Below are positions 40,481-53,862 of a stretch of DNA of 64,000 nucleotides, piece by piece. Location: contig NC_042999.1 in NCBI RefSeq assembly GCF_006345805.1, positions 64,790,001 to 64,854,000 on the forward strand, read 5' to 3'. The position numbers were made by a program, and so were the translations under genes. The notes under the pieces are model-generated. The model searched no databases and was not told the DNA's origin. It saw only the letters and a list, made by a program, of their open reading frames with translations. Position 1 is the first letter of the stretch, and each line of letters begins with the position of its first letter. The stretch is from Octopus sinensis. Taxonomy: Eukaryota.

Positions 40481-40650
40481 ATGTTATAAAAATTTTTTTG
40501 TATAGTAACATTGTTTTGGGAGAATTTTTCGTATTTTCTTTTCAAATTTCTCAAATTTCTTTACCGATATTGTGTCACCTCTTCGCAGAAAATACGAAAC
40601 CGATTATTTCTACAAAAACAATGTTACTATTCACAACATTTTTCTAACAT
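40481..40650. repeat. AT-rich imperfect foldback
   Basis: 40481-40539 pairs with 40587-40650 (e.g. tagtaacattgtttt / aaaacaatgttacta; ttcgtattttct / agaaaatacgaa). Confidence 0.75.
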
Positions 40651-40789
40651 AACAATTTAACTATACTCTTTAACCATATAACACAAGTCTAGTAGTTATT
40701 TTCACTTATTTTGTCTCTTATACGTCCAACCACGTGCTTTCACATACCAACTCCCTTGTTGTTTAATTGAAATGTTGTGTATATACTCT

Positions 40790-40993
40790 TAGTCTTTTAC
40801 TTGTTTGCTGTCATTTGACTGTGCCCATGCTGGAGCACCGCCTTTAGTCAAGCAAGTCGACCCCAGGACTTATTCTTTGTAAGCATAGTACTTATTCTAT
40901 CGGTCTCTTTTGCCGAATCGCTAAGTTACGGGGACGTAAACACACCACCATCGACTGTCAAGCAATGTTGGGGGTGGGGCAAACACAGACATA

Positions 40994-41061
<68 letters not shown>

Positions 41062-41235
41062 CATACATATATACGACGGGTTCCTTTCAGTTTCCGTCTA
41101 CCAAATCCACTCACAAGGCTTTGGTCGGCCCGAGGCTATAGTAGAAGACACTTGCCCAAGATGCCGCGCACAGTTGGACTCAACTGAGAAAGTGTGGTTG
41201 GTAATCAAGCTACTTTCCATACAGCTACTCGTACG
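40790..41235 (-). mobile_element. SINE family B
   Basis: Reverse complement of family B with internal (CA)n(TA)n. Confidence 0.85.
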
Positions 41236-41764
41236 CCTATATCGATAGATAGATAAATAATATGTGGATCTCTATTGTGCCGAAACATTTTTAGTGTTTA
41301 TTAAATAAAAGTGTAACCGTACTCCATGTTATGTTCAGGAATCCAGTAGATAAGATGCCTGCTACATTTGTTTTATAACGAGTGAAACCCTAGACGTGGT
41401 AAATATCCAAGTGAGGTGTGTACCGCAGGCTACTCTCCAGACCATCGTCGCAAGGAGATTCATTCAGAATGTGTCAGTTTATCGTACTTCGATACGAAAA
41501 AATCTGCAAGCTTCCGTCTCAATAAACCGTTATTGTCCCTGAAAGTTGTTTTTTATATTTATTACGGATTGCTTGAAGATAATTTTCTTCCTACATCTCG
41601 ATGCCTGGATCTTACATTTACATCTATGTATGCATTTTTCTGGATTTCTATTTATCTATCTAGTCCTAAGGATAAACCTGAAGGAAATAAAAAAATGATT
41701 ACGTGCAGAAAAGAAAGATGGACGATGGTCACGTGTGAGCAACGCGAGAGAGAAAAAGAGAAAG

Positions 41765-41805
<41 letters not shown>

Positions 41806-41927
41806 AAACGGTGAAGGAGAGAAAATGGGAATTAGAGAAAACGATATGAGAGAAAACAGTATAGATTAGAGTCGCATCAGAGAGATTAAGTTAAACTTAC
41901 ATGGAAATGGACCCGTGGTGTGCAATC

Positions 41928-41986
<59 letters not shown>

Positions 41987-42022
41987 TGATAATGATAATG
42001 ATAATAATGCTAATAATAATAA
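41928..42022. repeat. (AAT)n microsatellite
   Basis: Direct tandem repeat. Confidence 0.95.
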
Positions 42023-42639
42023 TGTATATACACACACACATATATATGTGTATGTATGCATGCGTGTCTGTATTTGTGTTTGTTGCACCCACGGTCGACG
42101 GCGGACGCAGTCTTGTATACGACCCATAACATAGCGGTTTCGGCAAAAGAATGAGACAGAACACGTACCAGTCTCAAATGACTAGTATGGAGTCACTGGT
42201 TTGACTGAGTTCCTCAAAGAGGTATCGAAGCAAGGCTGTAATCCAATGACTAAAACGGTTAAGTGGATGACTAAGAATTGGGAATAGATTTCGGTGCTGT
42301 TGCTATGCCGCCTACTTTACGGCTTTCTCATGTCAGCTGTACTCAACAAACCATAAATCAATCAGCCAAGGGACTCTCTCCCTCATTTCCCTTGCACATC
42401 AATAATATCGGAAGGAATAGGTAGCTTGGATTTCTGTTTTGCTCGTAGTGAAGCTTTGCAATATTTCAAATTATTTCATTTATTCCGATTTACCATGCTG
42501 CTATATGTCGTTATTAAACTAAGCTCCACGAATGTAAACTAACTTTTCGTCGCATTCAAAACTCCCTCCTTCTCTCTCGCTCGCTCTCTCTTTCTCTTTC
42601 ACTCTCTGTCTGTCTGTATGTCTATCTCTCTCACAACAA

Positions 42640-42804
42640 ACGTAGGCGCAAGCGATAAAGTTTACTTCCCAACAGCATGGTTCCGGTTTCAGTCCCACGG
42701 CGTGGCATCTTGGGCAAGTGCCTTATACTATAGTCTCGGGCTGACCTAAACCTTGTGAATGCATTTAGTAGACAGAGACTGTAGGAAGCCCGTCACACAC
42801 ACAC

Positions 42805-42847
<43 letters not shown>

Positions 42848-43060
42848 TTATGTGTATGTTTGTTGTTTTTATTTTGGGGTTTGTCTCTCATTACGGCATG
42901 ACAACAGTTGTTGGTGTGTTTACGTCCCTGTAACCTCGCGATTCGGCATAAGAGATCGATAGAATAAGTACTAATTTCAATAAAACATGTAGGCGGCGAT
43001 TCATTCTCCAAGGTGGAGCCTCAGCATGGCGGCAGTCAAAGGACTGATACAAGTAAAACA
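42640..43060 (+). mobile_element. SINE family B
   Basis: cgtaggcgcaagcg head, ggttccggtttcagtccc, tcttgggcaagtgcc, internal (CA)n, aaggtggagcctcagcatggc. Confidence 0.75.
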
Positions 43061-43096
43061 CAACAAATATATACACACGTGCACGCACACACACAC

Positions 43097-43177
<81 letters not shown>

Positions 43178-44324
43178 CACACAAACACACACAAACATAT
43201 AATCATACACCTTGAACTTCCGATAGCTTTCATTTAATTAATTCACTCCCAAATCGTTAATCAGAACGAAGGCCAGTAGAAGACACTTGCCAAGGTGCAG
43301 CACAAACGGGGTTGAATCAGAAACCACGTCGTTGAGATGCAAATTTTCAACTAGCACATTGCCATACCTCTGCCTGTATGTATGTATGTATGTATGTATG
43401 TATGTATGTATGTATGCATGTATGTATGTACGTATGCATGTATGTATGTATGTATGTATGTATGTATAAATGTATGTATGTATGTATGTATGTATGTGTA
43501 TGTATGTATGTATGTATGTATGTATGTATGTATGTATGTATGTGTGTGTGTGTCTTCGTGTGTGAATATGTGTATGTGTAATGCATGTGTGCAGCGCGTA
43601 AACAATATTTAGCTCTCCAATTTTTTTCTCATTTATAATCCTTGGAAGATTTGCTACCAAATCTTGTATGTTTTATTTCTTAGCACGAAAAGTTTACAAA
43701 CAGAAAAAGAAAAAACGCAGAAAGAATTCTTGATCGATTTGCCTTTGTAATAAACTGTAAGAAAAAAACGTAGAAAAAACGGTTTTTAGTGCTTTTATTG
43801 CATTTTCTCCTTCAGTATTCCCGTTCTGTTTTTTAATTATAAGTTGTCCAATATTTGCTGCAGTTCTTTAGAATCCAGTTTAATTGAATTGATTCTTCGC
43901 CAAAAAAGTCAGACATATTATTTTGCAGATTTAAATATTTATATTCTATTACGCATAGTGAGCTCTGGATTGCAATGTTAAACTCCCGAGGAAGTGAGTT
44001 TTCCATGACTAAGTCACTGAAATATGAAATGGCTCACAAAGTCTACCGAGCAGTAAAAGCATATCATGCTACGCTACAGTTCAGGTATTAGAACTAAAAG
44101 AAATTAAGAGGGCTCTCTTTTTATAATTCATGAGTTGTTGTTGCTTAAACATAAAGGTCAACTCTCGTCATGCAGAAGTTGATCAAAGGCTGTTCCAGGC
44201 GTACTAATGCTGTCTTGTTTTCTCTTGCAGAAAAGCTTTCCACTTAACTTATAGATTTCTGGCAATAACAAACATTCAAATTTACAAACTCCTCTCCTTA
44301 TATGTGTTATTCAAGGCCACGAGC

Positions 44325-44762
44325 TGACAGAATCGTTAACACGCCGGGATAAATGCTTAGCGGTATTTCATCTGCACGTTCTGAGTTCAAATTCCGCCGA
44401 GGTCGACTTTGCCTTTCATCCTTTCGGGGTCGATAAATTAAGTACCAGTTACGCACTGAGGTCGATGTAATCGACTTAATACCTATGTCTGTCCTTATTT
44501 GTCCCCTCTATGTTTAGCCCCTTGTGGGTAATAAAGAAATAGGTATTTCATCTGTTTGCACGTTCTGAGTTAAAATTTCACCGAGGTCGACTTTGCCTTT
44601 CATTTTTTCGGGGTCCAGCTTTCATCAACAGCCAGTGATTGTCTCACATTGAAGACGGCTATACACCCTGAATAAGTACCAGTTGAGTACTGGGGCCGAT
44701 GTAATTAACTATTTTCCTCTTCCCAAACTTCTGGCCTTGTGCCTATAGTAGAAAAAATTATT
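44325..44762 (+). mobile_element. Nested SINE A: Tx1-tailed copy inside an older copy
   Basis: ggtatttcatctg duplicated at 44362-44374 and 44542-44554 around a copy ending gtgggtaataaagaaat. Confidence 0.8.
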
Positions 44763-44849
44763 TGTTTATTCATATTTTACTCATACTAATCCGATACCAT
44801 CCTGCTCTACACAGCAAGTAGTATCCATATAGTTAGCTGTAGTTCTAAA

Positions 44850-45440
44850 GCAGTGAACTGGTGGAATCGTTATTTTCCGGACAAAATACGTTTCTTACGG
44901 CCTTATGCTCTGTGTTCAAATTTAGCCTAGGTCATCTCTGTCTTTCATCCTTTTGGGGTTGATGAAATAAATACTGGTTGGTGTAATCAACTACCTCTCC
45001 ACAAATTTCAAGCCTTGTGCCCATAGTAGAAAGGATTATCATTAAAACAAAAAAGTCGAGCTTAGCGGCATTTCTTCCGGATTTACGATCTGAATTCAAA
45101 TTTGGCCGAGGTTGACTTGTGGTCGTTGAAAGTTTTACATTGGTGTATGAGGTGGGGGGAGGGCGATGAAATTTACTAGTCCTTCTCCAAAATTTCAGGC
45201 CAAGTACTTATAGTAGAAAAAGCTAGTATTAGGGCTACTAAGGGTGGTAGATTGGCAGAATGGCTAGAGCGTCGGGAAAATGTTTTGCGGTGTGTTCTAG
45301 TGTTTTATTTTCGGAGCGGACGGAGTAAATATGTACCTTCACCCTAGTAGTTGACTTATACCTTATTTATCAGCTTCGAAAGGATGAATGACAAAGTTGA
45401 GTTTGACAAGTTTTGAATATTGAAAATCGAAATAAATAGT
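44850..45440. mobile_element. Cluster of degenerate SINE A copies
   Basis: Repeated head/core/tail fragments (tttcatccttttggggttgat, ttcaaatttggccgaggttgac, tcgaaaggatgaatgacaaagttg). Confidence 0.65.
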
Positions 45441-46808
45441 AGAAAGCATTCTGTACGATGTCCATGCACCATCCTTTTAGCAATAAATAATAAGAAACAA
45501 AATAAACAAAATTAATAAAGTGCAGCGAGAAATTAAATATTTTTCAATAAATAATAAGTCCAGAAATAGGCCTCTACACGGTTGCTTAACTTGGCAGAAA
45601 TAGCAACCAGATATTCCTGAGATTACATCATTCAGTCAGAAAACGAAGTTCGTAAAGGATTATTCTTAGATCTAGTGGTTTCATCTTAAAGGTACGTCAT
45701 AATTAAGCAAAAAACATGTGTTGGCCATGACTGGAACACCCGTGGTTAACACATTGGGGCTGAACTATGGCTAAACAGCAATAGCAAACAACTACAAAAT
45801 CAACAGCAACTAATTTTATGCCGTCCTCTTCGTTCCACTCAGCTCTGAGGGAAATAACTAGTTGTACTCAGTCTAAAATTTAGATTGCTTTATAACCAGT
45901 AATGTTACTAGTAACATATTAGCAATAATATAGATCGTTTGTTTTTGTGTCATGCCAAAATTTATTTAAAAAGAACTGATGTCTGTGTCTATTCATTAAA
46001 CCCATTTTTAAAACACATGGCGTGCCCTGAAAGACGGTGAATATAAGGGAAATAATAATTTCTTCATAAAATTTAGCGGAGATTAGAAATTTGAAAGTGA
46101 AATTAAGAAGCAAGGAAAAAGATGCACAAAATTCACATATTTGATTGCTTTTTTGTTATTGCTTACTTATTACAAAGCTCTTAAAACTTCTTGTCAATAG
46201 TAATTATGTATAGCGACAAAATAAGTATAATTGCGTTTATAAGGTTTCCAAGTGCCTCCGAGACTGATAGGAAACAGAGTGGATCTTATACTCAGATTGT
46301 GGAGAAGGCTCGTGCACTTGAACCAGATTAGAGTCCGCAAAAATCATTTAAGAACTAACTAAAGAGATTGAACCCGGCAAAAGATCAAAATCAATTATTA
46401 TATTTACTATTCTTAATTAGCGACACTAATCAATGAATAGATTGCGTACAATATTGATTTTAGGTAAAGGAGAAGTTCATTGGTAGTGTTTAAGTATCTC
46501 TCGCTAAAGTATTAGCGACCGAGGTAAGTGATGCAGAAAAACACAATACGAATTAACGAGAAACTGATATAACTTCAGTGCTTGACATTATTAAATCTTT
46601 CAGATCTTTATTAATTTTCTTTCCGTGTTTTGTTACATGTCGGAAGATCTTTCGATGATTCTAGAAGCATATCAATGTTTTCTACGTGAAGAAATTTATA
46701 GTATATCATTCGGCACTTATCTAGTTTCCAACTCTTCTTACAGTGCAACGAATCTGAACCGAAAGAGATAGACAAAATCTCTGAGAGGAGCAGAGAAAGT
46801 GCGTGCAT

Positions 46809-46869
<61 letters not shown>

Positions 46870-46924
46870 GTGAAAGAGATAGAGAGAGAAAAAGTGATAA
46901 AAAGAGGGACAGAGAAGGTGAGTG

Positions 46925-47589
46925 ATATTGTCACGCCTCCTTCCTTCAAACGGGAAGGAAGAGCTATTCTCATCATCCATGTGGCTATGGCGAAAGAATG
47001 TATCTGGTGGACGCGTCTGAAAAGATTGGAGACAAACACTTTCCTCTCTGGTCAATCTCTCATCAACTTCTTCAAGTATCACTTGAAAAGGAAAGTGAGA
47101 GTAGAGAGGAAAGTTTTGTCTAGCGAATGTTTTAAAAAAAGATGGGTGAATGTAGCAAGGATGGCACATATGAATGACGAAGCCACCTTGAGCATAATCC
47201 TATGAACCCAGAAATTGAAAACAGAGGGTTACCCACTTGCAAACAAATGTGGTAACATATAACAATATTGACCGAGGTTACCGTGGTCTTTTTCGTAGGC
47301 TTTTCTTCCCACGGATAAACCTCATCTGCTTCCCCCTTTACACCGTACATCATGACAGTGTGATACACGATCCCTATTGATCGTTTTTTTTCCTCTTCTC
47401 CTTTTTTCCTCTTTTTTTTCTTTCTTTTTTCTTTTCTTTTGTTTCTTTCCCTTTTTTTTCTTTTTTCCCTATTACGACCCCCTTTGATCGAAAACCTACA
47501 TCCCCCTTTTTTTTTCATCCTCCAAAAGAAAAGCTCTACCTTGTAATTTGTCCCATCTGTGTGCAGCCCTGTGTGGCTAATAAAGAAAC
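46925..47589 (+). mobile_element. 5'-truncated Tx1 LINE copy (ORF2 C-terminus + 3' UTR)
   Basis: IVTPPSFKREGRAILIIHVAMAKECIWWTRLK..MNDEATLSIIL*, near-identical to 39236-39510; followed directly by (TATC)n. Confidence 0.92.
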
Positions 47590-47673
<84 letters not shown>

Positions 47674-47681
47674 TTGTCTGC

Positions 47682-47716
<35 letters not shown>

Positions 47717-47887
47717 CTTATCTATTTGTGAGTCTGCACATACAAAAATCCATAAATACATAAAGACACACACACATAGATATGTATATATAACTCTGAA
47801 TCTGAGTGCATTTTCTCTTGATATAAGTGACCGTGCGTACATACACATACATATATCTATTTATTCATATATTACATATATGTGTGA

Positions 47888-47943
<56 letters not shown>

Positions 47944-47974
47944 GTGTGTGTGTGTATATACATTCTTTTATTAT

Positions 47975-48375
47975 TTTACATATTTCAGCCATTTGACTAC
48001 TACCATGCTGGAGCACCGCTTTGTAAGCTTCGTACTTACTCTATCGAATTCTTTTGCCGAACAGCTATGTTTCGGGGACTAAAACACACCAACATCGGTT
48101 GTCAAGCAATGGTGGGGGGACAAACACAGACACGCAATTACATATATACATAGACATACACACACGCACATATATACACACGCAGATAAATATATATATA
48201 TATATATATATAAACAGGCTATTTTCAGTTTCCCTCAAGCAGATACACTCACAAGGCTTTGGTCGGCCGGAGGCAATAGGAGACGACACTTGCCCAAGGT
48301 GACACGCAATGGGACTGAACCTGGAACTATGTGGTTGGGAAGCAAGCTTCTAGTCACACGGCCACTCTTGCGCCA
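47975..48375 (-). mobile_element. SINE family B
   Basis: Reverse complement of family B. Confidence 0.8.
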
Positions 48376-48505
48376 ATATATGCGCGCGTTCGTGTGTACG
48401 TGCATATTTGTATATTCATATTTATATGCTGCATATAAGCGTTGCAATGCGTTATGTGCGCTAAAATTTGTGAGTGTGCTTGTGTGTGTGTGTGTGTGTC
48501 TGTAT

Positions 48506-48641
48506 GTCCGTGTATGAAAATAAATTACTGAATCGAAGATTTTCACTATTCACACAATGAAAAACATATTCTGTAGTCCGTGTATGAAAATAATACTGAA
48601 TCGAAGATTTTCACTATTCACACAATGAAAAACATATTCTG
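48506..48641. repeat. Two-copy 70-bp tandem duplication
   Basis: gtccgtgtatgaaaataa..ctgaatcgaagattttcactattcacacaatgaaaaacatattctg repeated at 48506 and 48576. Confidence 0.9.
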
Positions 48642-48660
48642 ACCATTATTATTACAATAT

Positions 48661-48712
<52 letters not shown>

Positions 48713-48759
48713 ATCTATATTATATATATATGTATATATATATACAATATATACAATAC

Positions 48760-48790
<31 letters not shown>

Positions 48791-48915
48791 AGATATATAT
48801 ATATATTATATATATATATATATATTATATATATACAATATATATATATTATATATATATATATACTTATATATATATTATATATATACTTATATATATT
48901 ATATATATATATAAT

Positions 48916-48959
<44 letters not shown>

Positions 48960-49140
48960 CATATAATATATATATATATGAGGAGCATACGTGAATATTA
49001 GTATGGTTGTTTCTGTTGCGGAGATTATTATGTTTTCTTTTACACCAAATTACAACGTGGTAGACAAGAGTTGTAATTTATTATGATTTTTGGCATCCTT
49101 ATGGCTTCGAAAGAAAGTAAATGTGTTTCAATAACAAAGA

Positions 49141-49177
<37 letters not shown>

Positions 49178-49341
49178 CACATATAATTATATATATATAT
49201 ACACGAACACAAACACATGCATATACTTGTATGCATATACTCATACATACATATAAATGTAAATATATTTTTACGATTGCCTTTCAAAAATATTGAAGCT
49301 ATCTGTCGGCCCACGACACTGGACAGCATATTTCTGTTCTG

Positions 49342-49413
<72 letters not shown>

Positions 49414-49433
49414 CCTATCTATCTATCTATCTA

Positions 49434-49472
<39 letters not shown>

Positions 49473-49477
49473 ATCTC

Positions 49478-49522
<45 letters not shown>

Positions 49523-49570
49523 ATCTATATATATTATCTATATATATATAGTATATAACTATATATATAT

Positions 49571-49748
49571 CTCGTTAGCCACTACACCACATTTTCTCTC
49601 TCCTTGTTTTCTGTGTCCCTTTCTGTAGAAGAGCATAGGCTCGAAACGTAAAAGACTTTTTCTATTCCTGAGCGTTATACTAATACATCTGTTTATTTTG
49701 TACACCACCTGTCTTCGTCTTTTGTTGTTGTTTTTCGTAAACTCTCCC

Positions 49749-49783
<35 letters not shown>

Positions 49784-49858
49784 GTGTATGTGTATGTATA
49801 TGGTATGTGGTGTGTGTGTGTGTGTGTTTGGTGTTTGTATAATATATATATGTATGTA

Positions 49859-49943
<85 letters not shown>

Positions 49944-50081
49944 CGGGAAGCTTTATGAAAATAGACAAAAGATGAAGGCAGGTTTACGGAAATAAACAAA
50001 AGACGAAGGCAGGTGGAATACAAACAAACAATTGTATTAGTATGGCGCTCAGGAAATATAAATAAAACAAGTCTTAAACGT
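49571..50081. mobile_element. Tail-to-tail inverted pair of short Penelope-like elements around a (TA)/(TG) tract; hammerhead motif at 49619-49654
   Basis: 49945-50081 resembles the reverse complement of 49647-49748; + strand CTTT-CTGTAGA-A-GAGC atag GCTC-GAAA-CGTA-AAAG. Confidence 0.65.
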
Positions 50082-50173
50082 AAATATGTACATTCGTTTA
50101 TTTATGTGTGTATGTTCGAACGTATGGAAATGTACATATATATACATCAGCTCTGACCGCATAAAAGTTGATG

Positions 50174-50206
<33 letters not shown>

Positions 50207-50759
50207 GCATAAACGTGCACAATATAGAATGAACTCAGAATACCATGCACCCATAAAATCATAAGTGTAGATACAAGAATTACGTGGACGTGTGTAATTA
50301 TAAACAATAATCGTACAATAATAGTTCAATAATAGTTACATTAGATTATGCTGTAAACTCACCACAGTATAGATTTGAAAATAAGCTAATAATTATAATG
50401 ATGTGTGAACATATACGCGAATTTGTATGTTGAATATGAGACAAGTATACGCCAACCAAATGGCTGCTTTACTGTATATTCGCTATCGTTTATTATTTAC
50501 GTGTGAGGCGTTTTTCAATTTATTATTCGAAATATGTTCTTTGGCATATAGATTGCATGAATGTCTGCTGGTTACAGATCTCAGAAACGTTTGCTACATT
50601 TATAAAACGTTTTCCGAGGAACAATGCTTCATGCCAGCTCGTGTAGCATATTGCGGTGCATTTATATTAGTGAATATTCCGAAAATAAGCGGTAGTATCA
50701 AGAAGCAGCGTTTGAAGCGAATAAAGGTGACGGTTGTATCGCATCTTAAATAAATCGGC

Positions 50760-51340
50760 TATAAGAACTATATTAAAAGATGTTTGTCTTTAACCGAAGA
50801 ATTTCGAGCGAATTCTTTAGGTAACCAATTAGAACTTAATATGTAGAGTATCTGAAACTGGTTCATATAATTTTCTGTTGGGTTAGTGTTGATATGAATT
50901 GGGTTACTGGCAAATATAATCAATACTAGAATAAAATTAACTATTTAGGAAAGTTTAATGGTGTTTCTGTTAAAAGTTTTATCCTATTCATAGCTAGGAG
51001 GAATTTATTTAGTAAGGTGAAGAGTTTAGGTAACGGAGTGGAAATCACTCAATGGTATGGGAATGAAATTAAGTGATGTCGCTTATTTTTTGTTGAAGTG
51101 AATTGGAAAATATCGAAGTTTATCGCAGCTACTTTTCTTCAGGGCTTCATTAAAGTTTGTAGTACAACACTTAATAATGGTTTCTTTCGCAGAAATATTC
51201 GTAATGCGAATAGAGATGTTCTTAAATCTATTCTCTCTTATATTTCTATGGTGGTGGAAATACTTGTTGAGGGATCTTTGTGAGCAACTATACAAATAAT
51301 CTGTTGTCTCAGGTTTGTACATCTCTGCCGTTACCTCAAT
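50760..51340 (-). mobile_element. Degenerate Penelope-like RT thumb/linker fragment
   Basis: Minus ORF YKPETTDYLY..KNISIRITNISAKETIIKCCTTNFNEALKKSSCD resembles the PLE RT C-terminus; decayed downstream. Confidence 0.55.
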
Positions 51341-51354
51341 CTGCATTTCTCTAT

Positions 51355-51680
51355 ATGAAGGTGATGGCTTAGTGATTGGGATATTCGGCTCACGATTGTA
51401 AGCTCGTGAGTTCAAATCCCTGCGGTACGTTGTGTCCCTGGGCAAGATACTTTATTTTTACGTTGCTCCAATCCAATTAGCCGGCAAAAATGAGTAGTAC
51501 TTGTATTTCAAAGGGCCAGCCTTGTCACACTGTGTTACGCTGAATCTCCCTCAGAACTGCGTTAAGGGTACACGTGTCTGTGGAATACTCGACCACTTGC
51601 ACGTTAATTTCACGAGAAAGCTGTTCCGTTGATCTTATCAGGTGGGATCCTCGTCGTCGTAACCGACGGAGTGCTCCTTC
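51355..51680 (+). mobile_element. tRNA-derived SINE family D
   Basis: gatggcttagtg..gtgagttcaaatccc head, tgtgtccctgggcaagatacttt CORE-like segment. Confidence 0.7.
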
Positions 51681-51929
51681 TCTATACACACATACATACA
51701 CACAAGCTTACATGTGTACACACACACATATACGTACGTGCATACACACACACACACACACACATAAACACACGCACACACACACTCATGCAGATATATA
51801 AGTCTCTCTCTCTTTGTCTTTCTGCCTCTGTTTCTGTCTGTCTGTCTATCTCTATATATATACATACACGTTTCACCACACACACACACACACACATATG
51901 CACACTTATCTTTTATATTGTTTAGCACA

Positions 51930-52800
51930 ATGCCTGTGGTAATGCTAGGGTGACATGTATATACCTAAATGTTCTCTCCAATCATCCTTGATCAACCCTC
52001 AATGGTATTCAATACACACGCTCCGAATTATAACAGCCGGTTCCTGCTTACGTAGTAATGTATTGTATAGGTGTACTGTGGAGATCCCTGTCACACAGAG
52101 GGCAAGAGTTTATACAGGAAGTACTATAGACTTTAAACGTCGCTATAGGGCCCATTGGAATTCTCTTACTAACATAATTTTTTCTACAACACTCGCTGCG
52201 TATATACAATAACTTAAACTAAAAATATCCAATACTCATTATCTTGGTCTGTAATAGCAGCAGCCTCCCACCCCTACAATATAATTACGCGTGTATGTAA
52301 ATTATGTATTAGAGACTCCACGAATATTCTTTGTTGATATGACTTTACATCATTGAATAAGTTCTCTGATGCTATGTATTCCTGTAACCATAGATACCGT
52401 TCAATATTTAGATATTTTACTAAACCTCTATATATTGACCATTAGATTTTTGATTATCTATATTTCACTTAATTTCTATACTTTGCTACCCTGTAACTTC
52501 ATCTTGATCAATTATTACCTGCTTAACATTTAAAACATTTTCTAACTTGTATTTTCCGTAATTTCTGCTATAGCATTTCATCTTCCTCAATGTAACTAAA
52601 TCTCATCTATCCATTACAACATTGTACGAAATGTGAATCCTGAATAATAAATATATTCTCCCTGATGAAGGAGGCAGCATCCAAGTTTTGAACTGAAAAT
52701 ACCCTTAAAATCCATGGATTACTGAGTCCCTGAAACAGCTGTAAGAGGACTACCACCAACAGTTTCTTTAAACAGGATTACCTATTTTCTCGATTAATTA
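51930..52800 (+). mobile_element. Penelope-like element 3' part: GIY-YIG endonuclease remnant + 3' UTR/pLTR
   Basis: CLRSNVLYRCTV..VYTGSTIDFKRRYRAHWNS..TTLAAYIQ*LK..IQYSLSWSVIA..PYN..RVCKLC..LNKFSD..CNHR. Confidence 0.8.
52655..52750 (+). ncRNA. Hammerhead ribozyme-like motif in the Penelope 3' region
   Basis: CTGATGA (52662) agg..long loop..cct GAAAC AGCT GTA (52732-52743); palindromic ACAGCTGT stem III; ttctcc/agagga weak stem I. Confidence 0.55.
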
Positions 52801-53804
52801 CATATATTTTCTGAAAAATCTAATCTCAACGCTTTCGATTTTTCTTTATTCGTTCTTTTTGTAAGGCTTTATTGTATCCACCTTCTCATAAGGGCATATT
52901 TATTTTAAAATATTTTTTACAATGCCTTTTAATATGATTGTAATTCTAAATGTCTCTATATATATCTTTATACAGCTATACATTTATACATCTACACTTT
53001 TAAAACATACTCGCATTCGTCTATTTATTATATATGTATATCAAATTTTTATATATTTATGTATTCATAAATTTTAAATATGTTTTAGTATCTTAATGCT
53101 TGATACATTTGTATATTTAAAAACTGATATGCATCAAGCCATAGTGCAATATATGTTTATATAAATTATTGAATCTACTTGAACTCTCCTTAACATTTTT
53201 TGTATCTTGCGTCTCGGGTTTTTATCTGAGCACTTCAAACTACCGCCTATACAATACACAAAGAAATTTTACTATATATATAATTGTAAATTATAGGCAT
53301 TCTTTTAATAGTTTCTGATTCAATAAGGATATTTTAGTATTATCTATTAAATTAGTGGTATAAGTTTAACATTGAATCATGTAAGGATAACGGACATTTA
53401 ATACGTGTAATACGTATTGAGGGTTTCAGTTATTAACTTTTAGGTTATGAAATACTGTAATTCACTCAGAATTACTTATATTATTAGTTAAATTCAATCG
53501 TGTTTGTTTTGTTTCGGAAAGAATAGAATATGAAATCTTTCACTGCTAATATTAATAACCTTGGAATATTGTTGGGATTATTATCTGTATAGATTTCAAG
53601 AACTAGGTTGTTATTTAAGTAGACAATTTAGGACTTAGTCATAGGTTTGCTTATAGAATTAATTCACCGATACTGTTTTTGTACATAAAGTAATGTGGCT
53701 TCTTTGTAGTTTAATTAATAATGTTAGAATTTAATTACTCCTAGAATTAATTTTGAATGAATGTCGTGATATCTAGTGTATGTTTGTTCGCAAACAAAAC
53801 GTAT

Positions 53805-53862
53805 TTTAGTGCTGATGACACCGCCAGATTGAATGGTACTGGCCAGGTGTCGAAACCGTAGA
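53805..53862 (+). ncRNA. Degenerate hammerhead-like motif
   Basis: CTGATGA-CACC GCCAG..CTGGC ca GGTG tc-GAAAC-CGTA; extended stem II, junction appears shortened. Confidence 0.35.

Noticed and set aside
53180-53290. Second GIY-YIG remnant on the minus strand (QIKTRDARYKKC)
   Set aside because: Too short and stop-ridden to support
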